A stretch of 64,000 nt of DNA, from contig JAQCKO010000002.1 in assembly GCA_027592325.1 (NCBI GenBank), positions 18,392 to 82,391 on the forward strand. Reading direction: 5' to 3'. This document shows, one piece after another, positions 39,457-47,788 of this stretch. The notes beneath the pieces are model-generated. The model was not told where the DNA came from, did not search any database, and saw only the letters and a list, made by a program, of their open reading frames with translations. Position numbers and translations under genes: made by a program. The DNA is from a bacterium. Its GTDB lineage: Bacteria; Patescibacteriota; Patescibacteriia; UBA9934. Each line of letters begins with the position of its first letter. Position 1 is the stretch's first letter.

Positions 39457-40504
39457 AGATTTACGTACCGAGGAAAAGCTTGGAGGCCTTTCCGGCGCAC
39501 GTCGTTCTTCTATTTCTGAAACGATTCAAAAAGCGGTTACGTTGCCAGAAGAAGAGGTGAAGCAAACACCATCGTTTCTTTCTTATTACAAATTTATTTC
39601 TGTTCAATTTATTTCAAAGCCGATTGTTGCAGGTGCAGCAGCATTTGTGATTTTGGGAGGCGGATGGCTTTCATCTGTAAATGCCGCTTCGCAAAGTCTT
39701 CCTGGCGATCACTTGTATGGCTTGAAGATCGCTTCGGAACAATTGCAACTAAAACTATCGTCAAAAGAGCATAAAGCGGTGCTTCATACCGAATTTGCTT
39801 CAAAACGATATGATGAAGTGTCAAAGCTACGAGCAAACCCAGAGCGCGAAGTACATGCACAGAATGCGCTCAGTGCGATGAAGCGTGAACTTGAACTTGC
39901 TGCTGCGGAATTAGAAGCGCTTTCTGAAAGCGGGAATGTAGAAGCGGTGAAGGTTGCGCTTGAAACGCATCAAAATCTCGAAAATTTGAACCGTGCAGCA
40001 GGGGATTCAGCAAAGCCGCAGATTTCAGAAGAAGATGTTGCAGCGATTCGCGAAGTGCAAGAATCCACAAATGAAGTTGAGGAAACCGTGTATAATGCGC
40101 TCACTAAAGATGAAGGTGAAGGGAAGCCGGAAGCAGAACGTATTGATATTGAAAAGCTTTTCAAGCGTGAAATGCAAGCAATGCGAGCACGTATCGCATC
40201 AAACATCGGTCGTATTATTGTTCTTCGGGGCGTTTCAGAAAGCGGCGTTTATGCACAAGAGACAACTCTCGCTGAGGAAGAATTTGCGATGACGAAAATG
40301 GAAGATCGTTTGATTGAGGCGCAAAATTTCATGGGCATAGGCGGAACAAAGCGCGCCTTTCAACTGCTTGGAGAAATAGAGGACGATCTTGCAGCAATTG
40401 AATCACAACTTGCCGGAATTGAAATCGCTATTGTGCAGGCATCTGTCAGCGCTGCGGAGGAAGTAGAAGATAGCCTAATCCTTGATGTGCAAGAAGCAGA
40501 ATAA
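39431..40504 (+). CDS. DUF5667 domain membrane protein, probable anti-sigma partner
   Basis: Overlaps the sigma gene; TM helix then ASQSLPGDHLYGLKIASEQLQL...FASKRYDE, typical of DUF5667. Confidence 0.8.
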   Translation: MNDLLKQLKDLRTEEKLGGLSGARRSSISETIQKAVTLPEEEVKQTPSFLSYYKFISVQFISKPIVAGAAAFVILGGGWLSSVNAASQSLPGDHLYGLKIASEQLQLKLSSKEHKAVLHTEFASKRYDEVSKLRANPEREVHAQNALSAMKRELELAAAELEALSESGNVEAVKVALETHQNLENLNRAAGDSAKPQISEEDVAAIREVQESTNEVEETVYNALTKDEGEGKPEAERIDIEKLFKREMQAMRARIASNIGRIIVLRGVSESGVYAQETTLAEEEFAMTKMEDRLIEAQNFMGIGGTKRAFQLLGEIEDDLAAIESQLAGIEIAIVQASVSAAEEVEDSLILDVQEAE

Positions 40505-40508
40505 GATT

Positions 40509-40700
40509 GACATGATGCATGTCGATCAGGATCGATGCCGTCGATCTTGATCGGAATGTATCCCATTCCGTTGGAGCAACCTGGAGCGAATCAGGCTTCT
40601 GGCTAGTTACGTACAGAAGTTTGGAGCGGTCCGCAAAGGTCGGGGCCCTCTGTGGTCGGCTTGTTCCATCTAACTCAGAACCTATTAACGACACGATTCT
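40509..40700 (+). promoter_or_regulatory. Highly structured 5' leader of the S-layer-like gene
   Basis: Three adjacent hairpins (40509-40570) and a multibranch domain closed by GGAGCAA/TTGTTCC (40573-40667). Confidence 0.5.
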
Positions 40701-40704
40701 ATTT

Positions 40705-43700
40705 ATGAACGAGTCTATGACACTCGGACGCCGAATGTTTAGTGCAGCAATTGCTTCACTTACCATTTTGGCAACCGCAGGGTTTGCAGCATTCGCTGTT
40801 CCACAAACTGCTGGAGCGGCAAGCGATGAAGGTGACCTTATTAAAGGATCACTTTCAGCAGTGTACTACCACGCTTATGATGGTATGCGCTATGCATTCC
40901 CTAATACAATGGTCTTCATGACCTGGTACAACGATTTCGACGATGTAGAGACACTTGATGACTCTGACATCGCTGACATCACACTTGGCGGAAACGTTGT
41001 TTACCGCCCAGGATCAACATGGGTGAAAATCACCACTGATCCTAAAACATACGCTGTATCAACAGGTATGATGCTCCATTGGATCGAAACCGAATCAGTT
41101 GCGACTGACTTCGCTGGATCTGACTGGAACACAAATATCCACGACGTCTCTGACGTATTCTTTGCTGATTACACAGTAGGAACATCACTTATGTCTGCCG
41201 ACGCATTTGACGGTATGACATACATGGATGGTGGAAATTACTACCTTGCTTGGGATGGAGAAAAGCGCATGCTTACAGATGACGGACGTATGGACAATAT
41301 GTTCGATGATTCTGCCTTCCTTGATGGAGCGGGAATTGATGACAGCGCCCTTTCAATGGGTGATGACGTCGATGGTCAGCTTTGCGCACTCGTTGACGCT
41401 GCGCAGCAAAATTGTGATGGTGCAGAAGAAATGGCAATGGGAGACGTAGAAGTTTCTCTTGCAACATCTTCACCTGATGGAACAAACATTCCAAAGGGAG
41501 TCACTTCACTTGAGGTAGCTGCTTTCGATTTCGAAGCAGGAGATGAGGATGCTGAGGTAGATGAACTTACGTTCCGCATGTACTCACTTGGTGCTACCAC
41601 AAACGTTTCAAACGTTTACCTTTACGAAGGAAATAGCCGTATTACGGATTCACGAAGTATCAATTCTTCAACACGTGAAGTAACCTTCGGAAGCCTTAAC
41701 CTTGACATTGAAGCGGGTGAAACACGTACATTCTCTGTACGCGTTGAAATCGCGAGCGGTGCAAGTACTGGTGACCTTGTTGGTTTCGAGCTTCAGAATG
41801 CTGATGCTGTAACCGTTGAAGGTGGAGACATAGATGGTTCATTCCCAGTGCGTGCTGATGAGCACGAAATCTCTGGAACGACTGTTGGTACGGTAACTGT
41901 AACCAAGAGCGGAACCATTACAAACCCATCACTTGGGCAAAAGACTGCAACAATCGGTAAATTCAAGGTTGCTGTTGCAACTGAGGATGCTTCAATCGAA
42001 GTTCTTACCCTTAAGATTGACAATGCAGCTGACCACGATAACTTCATGCTTTACGATGATTCTACCCTCGTTGCAGAAGGTGAATACATCGGAGATAAGC
42101 TTGTTCTCTTCGAACTCGATGATGAATTCGATATCGAACGTGGATCAAGCAATGTCTTCACGGTAAAGGCTGATGTTGGTGGAGATAGCTCAGATGCTGT
42201 AAAGGTATTCTTCGATAATAAGAATGACCTTACAGCAATTGGTGGTGACTACGGATTCAATATGAACGTAGACATCGGATCATCAGGAACTTACGATGGT
42301 GCGACTTGTACGTCATCATCAGGTAACTGTTCATACAGCGCGGTAGAAGGTGGGGATGTTTCAATCGTATTTGACGGCCCATCAACCGGAAAGGTTTCTG
42401 TGAACGCATCTGCGCAGAACATCTTTGAATTCACCATCACCACTCAGGCTGCGATTACTGTTAAAGACCTCGACATCATCGTTTACGCTGATGACGATGC
42501 AGACGGTGACGCAACTGACGCGGCTGAAGGTGGTACCGACACCGACACAACAGGACTTATCGGTGCTTCATCTGGAAACATTTCAAATATCCGCCTTGTA
42601 AACAAGGAAACCGGATCAACTGTGATGGGACCACTTGAACTCGACTCTACTGTTGACGGTGGAGACGATGCTGATCAGACCATTGACTTCACAAACGACT
42701 TCGAGATGGATGAAGACGAAAGTCTCACCCTCCAGGTGCTCGTTGACACAGAGTCAGGTCTTGCATCAGGAACCGAGCTCGCAGCAGCTCTTGACATTAG
42801 CGGACTCGTTCTTGAGGACGCAAATGGTGATTCAATCACGAATAGCACAAGCGTAACTCCTGTTACCGATCTTACTGGTAACAACCAGGAAGCGCTTTCA
42901 GCGACCCTTACCGTTAGCCTTGGCTCTTCTGGATCGAAGACACATGTTCAGGGTTCAAGCAATGAATTCATGAATAGCTTCAACCTTAAGGCAGGAGAAG
43001 CAGGTACAGTAACCGTTTCTGCGGTAACACTATCTGTTTACGCACATGACGCTGCATCAGGAACCTTCCAACTTGGAGACTGTGCTGCAGCTGACGAATG
43101 TGCTTCAAGCGATGTAGATGTACAGACCTTTATCTCTACATGTACGATTGAAGATAGCGAAGGAATGCAAATTGGAACGGCAAAGTCTCCATCATCTGAT
43201 GGAAACACCGTTTCATTCGATGACTTTGCTTGGGAAATTGGTGCGAATGCAAACGAAGAAGTTAATGTCTACTGTTCATTCAACCCATCTGCAGCTGCAT
43301 ACAGCGGATACTTCGGTATCGATATCGCTGATGTATCTGAAGACATTGTTGCAGAAGATTCAGAAGCCGTTTCTGTAACGGCAACTGGTGACGCTGTAAA
43401 CGGTGGAACATCACCAACAAATGTTGTGACTGTTGCAGAGTCAGGAACAGTTAACGTAACACTCCACTCATCAACTCCTGACGCTGATTTCCTTGTGACT
43501 TCAGCTGCAGAGGATTGGAACCTTGTTGCCGTTTATGACGCAACAGCAACCAATGAAGACTTCATGATCAAAGAGATCACCTTCAAGGAGTATGCGGCGA
43601 CTGCGCTTGGACAAAGTGCGAGCGCTTACAACAACAACATTGAGCGTGTACGTCTTGACTACCCAACCGAAGACGGTGCAGGTGCGACAGCGTATGCAAA

Positions 43701-44829
43701 TATTGTTGGATCAGAAGTAGAATTCACTGGAATCGACGGTTTCGTTGAATTCGGTGCATCAAGCTCACTCTTCAGCGTTTACGTTGACGTACCAGGAACC
43801 GACCGCGTTTCTGGAGACGCAACGTCGAATGAACGTGTAAGTATGGCATTCGATGTAGATGGTTCTGCGGATGATCAATTCCGTGCTGTTGGACAAGGAT
43901 CTAGCGTTGTAAAGAATGACGATGATGAGTCAGACATTACAAATGCTGCAACCTTCGTTGTGAAGGAGACCTACCCAACCGTTGCTCTCTCAGCAACAAG
44001 CCCTTCTGGAGCCGCTGTTCCTAGCGACCTCGCGGTGCTTAAGTTCAACGTTACTGCACACTCTAACGAGGGCGTAGTTATTGACGAGCTTATCTTCACC
44101 ATGAGCGCGACAGATAATGCTGGTACTCCAACAAAGTGGATTAACTGTGACGGAGATGCAAATGATGTCCAAGCGTCATCATTCGACTTCTACCAGAACG
44201 CAGGAACGCTTACCAAACTTGATGCAAGCGACGCTGAGTGGACTCTACTCGCTTCTGACGGAGACACTTGTGATGTAACTGCAGACACAGGTGCCGGTGA
44301 GCCAGTGAAATTCGTACGCCTTGATCTTGCAACACCAGAAGTGGTACCAGCAGGAACAACGGCAACGTATGAACTTCACTTCAATGCGGCTGGTGCTTCA
44401 TCATCATCAGATGACAGCATTCAATTCGGACTTGCAGAAGATCCAATTGTTGCTGAGGCTTCATTCCTCGCAGGATCAGATCTTGACGATGTTACTGCAG
44501 TAACAGACGCAACAATTCCTGTAACTGCGACAACGTCATACTCTGTTGGAGACATCGTTTGTCTTGATGACGAAGATGATGCCTGTGACGCTGATGACGA
44601 GCTCGCCTTGGTAACCGGTATTTCAGCTGGCGTAAGCTTGACTGTTGTACGTGGATACCTTGGAACTACACCAGTCGCAGCCGGAGTTGCTGCTGACGAT
44701 GTAGACCGTATTCCTGGCGCATTCTTCTGGCAGGATGATGGTACAAATGCGTCAAGCGCGACCGGAGAATACTGGGGATCTTACCTAGTGGATGGTCTTG
44801 AGCTTACTGGTGGTGCTCTAACCTTCTAG
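40705..44829 (+). CDS. Large secreted acidic S-layer-like surface protein (~1375 aa)
   Basis: Signal peptide, N-terminal GDLIK...AVYY module, repeated beta-sandwich units, D/T/G/S-rich, Cys pairs; codon choice (TTC, AAC, GAC, ATC) suggests high expression. Confidence 0.8.
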   Translation: MNESMTLGRRMFSAAIASLTILATAGFAAFAVPQTAGAASDEGDLIKGSLSAVYYHAYDGMRYAFPNTMVFMTWYNDFDDVETLDDSDIADITLGGNVVYRPGSTWVKITTDPKTYAVSTGMMLHWIETESVATDFAGSDWNTNIHDVSDVFFADYTVGTSLMSADAFDGMTYMDGGNYYLAWDGEKRMLTDDGRMDNMFDDSAFLDGAGIDDSALSMGDDVDGQLCALVDAAQQNCDGAEEMAMGDVEVSLATSSPDGTNIPKGVTSLEVAAFDFEAGDEDAEVDELTFRMYSLGATTNVSNVYLYEGNSRITDSRSINSSTREVTFGSLNLDIEAGETRTFSVRVEIASGASTGDLVGFELQNADAVTVEGGDIDGSFPVRADEHEISGTTVGTVTVTKSGTITNPSLGQKTATIGKFKVAVATEDASIEVLTLKIDNAADHDNFMLYDDSTLVAEGEYIGDKLVLFELDDEFDIERGSSNVFTVKADVGGDSSDAVKVFFDNKNDLTAIGGDYGFNMNVDIGSSGTYDGATCTSSSGNCSYSAVEGGDVSIVFDGPSTGKVSVNASAQNIFEFTITTQAAITVKDLDIIVYADDDADGDATDAAEGGTDTDTTGLIGASSGNISNIRLVNKETGSTVMGPLELDSTVDGGDDADQTIDFTNDFEMDEDESLTLQVLVDTESGLASGTELAAALDISGLVLEDANGDSITNSTSVTPVTDLTGNNQEALSATLTVSLGSSGSKTHVQGSSNEFMNSFNLKAGEAGTVTVSAVTLSVYAHDAASGTFQLGDCAAADECASSDVDVQTFISTCTIEDSEGMQIGTAKSPSSDGNTVSFDDFAWEIGANANEEVNVYCSFNPSAAAYSGYFGIDIADVSEDIVAEDSEAVSVTATGDAVNGGTSPTNVVTVAESGTVNVTLHSSTPDADFLVTSAAEDWNLVAVYDATATNEDFMIKEITFKEYAATALGQSASAYNNNIERVRLDYPTEDGAGATAYANIVGSEVEFTGIDGFVEFGASSSLFSVYVDVPGTDRVSGDATSNERVSMAFDVDGSADDQFRAVGQGSSVVKNDDDESDITNAATFVVKETYPTVALSATSPSGAAVPSDLAVLKFNVTAHSNEGVVIDELIFTMSATDNAGTPTKWINCDGDANDVQASSFDFYQNAGTLTKLDASDAEWTLLASDGDTCDVTADTGAGEPVKFVRLDLATPEVVPAGTTATYELHFNAAGASSSSDDSIQFGLAEDPIVAEASFLAGSDLDDVTAVTDATIPVTATTSYSVGDIVCLDDEDDACDADDELALVTGISAGVSLTVVRGYLGTTPVAAGVAADDVDRIPGAFFWQDDGTNASSATGEYWGSYLVDGLELTGGALTF

Positions 44830-44848
44830 TAACTCAACGCTTAACGCG

Positions 44849-44888
44849 AAAAACAAAAGAGAGCCCTTCGGGGCCTCTTTTGTTTTTG
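44849..44888 (+). terminator. Terminator of the S-layer-like gene
   Basis: AAAAACAAAAGAG-AGCCC-TTCG-GGGC-CTCTTTTGTTTTT. Confidence 0.85.
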
Positions 44889-44898
44889 GGCGAATTGT

Positions 44899-45160
44899 CA
44901 GTTCACCGCATCTGCAGGCTTGCAGTGCCGTGCCTCATTCACCGTACGCTTAGGTATGGCTCATTTCGGTGCTCGCGGGCGCATCTGCATCTACAGCAAC
45001 CTGATAATTCGCGGGTATTCGTCATTCCTTCGAAACGGTGGCAGGCAGGAAATTGTAAATTCTCGAGCGCAGCGAGAGATTTACTCGTCATCCCTGCGAA
45101 GGCAGGGATCCAGCGAATCGAATCCGACGAGCGATAGATTCCTGCCTTCGCAGGAATGAC
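44899..45160. repeat. 106-nt repeat copy 2 followed by a REP-like cluster (inverted REP pair 45087-45160)
   Basis: 44899-45004 matches 31581-31686; GTCATCCCTGCGAAGGCAGGGATCCA ... TAGATTCCTGCCTTCGCAGGAATGAC. Confidence 0.85.
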
Positions 45161-45239
45161 GAATGTATATTTCCCTTACAATGCGAAACCCCTAACCCAA
45201 CCTTTACAATCTACGCCCAAAACGGTAATCTTTCTCTAT

Positions 45240-45926
45240 ATGAAAGAAGCCATAAAGAAGCATTCTTCCCTTATTCTCTCAATTATTGTTGTCGCTCTTG
45301 CCGTCTTTGGCCTGTATTGGTTAGCAACCACCGATAATCGAAAGATTGTGAGAACACAATCAGTTGATATGACAGAAGAGGTACAGTATTCAGTTGATTA
45401 TCTTCAAAAATTGATTACAGCATCTATTGAGGCCACGAAGCAGGTGGGGGAAGAGGTAGAGCTTGATACGTATTTAGCGTTGTCTCGTCAATATAGTTTA
45501 CAAGGAGATTTGTGGAATGCGAGAACGTATGTAGAGCGAGTGCTCGAAAAAAATCCAATGAATTACGCTGTATGGGCAGCGTATGCGGACCTCAGCTACA
45601 ATATGAACGATTACGATGCTACAGAGGAAGGATTGAAACGGGCGATAGAATTGCTGCCTAATAATCCATCTTATTGGCGGGAAATGATCGAATTTCACGA
45701 ATTTCGGTATCCAGAAGAAGCGGAGCAACGATTTGCATTGCTTGAATCGGCTGTTCAAAATGCCGGCCAAGATGCCTATTTTATGCAAGAACTTGCCTAT
45801 TATTACGAATCAATCGGTGATTGTACCCGTGCTATCCAGCATATGAAAATAGCGGTAGATCAGTCACTTGCACCAGATCAGGCAAAAAACGATTTAGACG
45901 ACTTAGAACATAGGTGCGAAGGTTAG
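45240..45926 (+). CDS. Membrane-anchored TPR protein
   Basis: N-terminal TM helix; TPR-like repeats (VLEKNPMNYAVWAAYA, LKRAIELLPNNPSYW). Confidence 0.8.
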   Translation: MKEAIKKHSSLILSIIVVALAVFGLYWLATTDNRKIVRTQSVDMTEEVQYSVDYLQKLITASIEATKQVGEEVELDTYLALSRQYSLQGDLWNARTYVERVLEKNPMNYAVWAAYADLSYNMNDYDATEEGLKRAIELLPNNPSYWREMIEFHEFRYPEEAEQRFALLESAVQNAGQDAYFMQELAYYYESIGDCTRAIQHMKIAVDQSLAPDQAKNDLDDLEHRCEG

Positions 45927-45984
45927 AAGAAAAAACGCCCGTCGCTCTGGACAAAAAGGCGTTTTTTTGATACCTTCCCGTCTT

Positions 45985-47787
45985 ATGTTGAAACGCATCA
46001 AAGGGGCTTTTCAGTCCTTCAAAAACTGGATTAATATAAAACGTGGGCTTGGGCTGGGGGTTCTTGCCCTTATTCTGTTTAGTATTCTCTCGCGCGGTGG
46101 TGGAGCTTCTCAGGTGCCAGAGAATTTTGTGCCGACCTACAGCGTTCAGGCCATTTCGACATTCGAAACGCAATCTGCCTTTATTGAAACATCGGGAATT
46201 GTTGAATCGCTCGCGCAGGTTGATCTTCGTAGCGAAACGTCAGCGCCTGTTCGTAGCGTTTATGTAACAATTGGACAATCTGTTGTTAAGGGTCAGACAC
46301 TTATTGAATTTGAACGTGCAGATCTTGACGCGCAACTTGCGCAGGCGTCGGCAGGAGTTGATCGTGCCTATGCAAGCCTGCAAGCGCAGAAAATTGGTGC
46401 GCGTGAAGAAGACCTCGAACAAGCGCGTCTTGCTGTTGAGCAAGCAGAAGCAAGCCTGAATCAGGCAATCGCAAGCCGTGACCAAATTCGTATTCAGCAA
46501 GATACGGCTATTCGCAATATTGAACAAAATATTGATAATACCTATGAATCATCAGTGCAGGCGGCAGCTGCTTCTCTTGATGCAGCAATCGATGCGCTTG
46601 TGTTTATTTCTGATTATCAGAAGACATATTTCAGTTGTTTACAATCGATTTGTTATGCAATCCGCGATCCAAAAGCCGATGCCATTTACTCACTTTATGG
46701 GGTTCGTGATGCTGGTTTTTGGTCAACGCCTTCTATCCTTAACCTTTCAGGTGGAGTAGAAGCAGATATTACTTTCCTTGAATCAATGGATGAAATTGAT
46801 GGCGTCCTTGTTCGTGAGGTCCTAGAACGCCTCGAATCTGGACTGACTGATATCGCAACAAGCCTTGACGCGCTTCGTTCAGGGTTTTCACATCCTGTCG
46901 CTGCCGGTTCTTCTGCAGCGGACATTTCTGCAACCGATGTAAAGCGCGGGGCAATCAACGGATCGATTTCTGAGGTGCAAGGTACACAAACAGCCCTTGA
47001 TGCCGCAGAAGGCGGGACGATTGGTGAAGGAGAGCCGCAATCGCTCGAGGATGCAAAGCAGACGCGTGATGCTGCTCTTCGATCTGCAGATAGCCTTATT
47101 CTTGTGCAAGAAGCAGCGCTCAAAAGTGCGACAGCACGCTTGAGCACGATTGAAACGGGAGCGCGGGCGGTTGATCTTGCGCCTTTTGAAGCCTCTGTTC
47201 GTGAAGCGGAAGCAGCATATGCGCTTTTAGCAAGTCGGCTTCGAACCGTCGTAATCACGGCTCCTTTCGATGGAGTGGTTGCAACTCTACCGGCCCGAGT
47301 AGGTGAGCCTGTCGCGCCAGGTCAAATTATTGCTTCCGTTGTAAATGCCGCTGGGTTTGAGGTAAAGACTTATGTCAGTGCAGACGAAGCAAGACAAATT
47401 TCGGTGCATTCACGAGTATTTGTGAATGAAACAGAAGAAGCCGTTATTACGTATATTTCTCCGCGTATCGATCCAGCTACGGGAAAGGTTGAAGTACGGG
47501 TCGCGCTAACGGGTAATGCCGATTTCACGATAGGAGAATTTCTTCCTGTTGCAATTTCGATCAGAGAATCGTCAACTCTTGCGATACTTCTTCCACTTGA
47601 AGCAGTCCGCTTTGAAGCGGGTCGCAATCTTGTTTACACTGTAGTAGATGGACGTGCCGCCTCGATAGAGGTTGAGACGGGAGCTATTCGCGGAACAGCA
47701 ATCGAGGTAAGTGCCGTCGATTCTTCACTCGAGATTTTGACATCGGCACGCGGTATTGAAGAAGGACAAGAAGTAACCCTCAATTAG
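45985..47787 (+). CDS. RND efflux periplasmic adaptor (HlyD-like) with long coiled coil
   Basis: VYVTIGQSVVKGQTL and ITAPFDGVV lipoyl halves, ISPRIDPATG, LLPLEAV. Confidence 0.9.
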   Translation: MLKRIKGAFQSFKNWINIKRGLGLGVLALILFSILSRGGGASQVPENFVPTYSVQAISTFETQSAFIETSGIVESLAQVDLRSETSAPVRSVYVTIGQSVVKGQTLIEFERADLDAQLAQASAGVDRAYASLQAQKIGAREEDLEQARLAVEQAEASLNQAIASRDQIRIQQDTAIRNIEQNIDNTYESSVQAAAASLDAAIDALVFISDYQKTYFSCLQSICYAIRDPKADAIYSLYGVRDAGFWSTPSILNLSGGVEADITFLESMDEIDGVLVREVLERLESGLTDIATSLDALRSGFSHPVAAGSSAADISATDVKRGAINGSISEVQGTQTALDAAEGGTIGEGEPQSLEDAKQTRDAALRSADSLILVQEAALKSATARLSTIETGARAVDLAPFEASVREAEAAYALLASRLRTVVITAPFDGVVATLPARVGEPVAPGQIIASVVNAAGFEVKTYVSADEARQISVHSRVFVNETEEAVITYISPRIDPATGKVEVRVALTGNADFTIGEFLPVAISIRESSTLAILLPLEAVRFEAGRNLVYTVVDGRAASIEVETGAIRGTAIEVSAVDSSLEILTSARGIEEGQEVTLN

Positions 47788-47788
47788 T

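Noticed and set aside
40573-40680. Firm call of a c-di-AMP or c-di-GMP riboswitch
   Set aside because: Only short strings match (GCAAAG, GGAGCAACC, CTAACTC); the consensus pairings could not be completed, so it is reported only as a structured leader
40519-40704. 62-codon N-terminal extension of the S-layer ORF
   Set aside because: The signal peptide starts at ATG 40705 (or 40717); the upstream part is hairpin-rich leader
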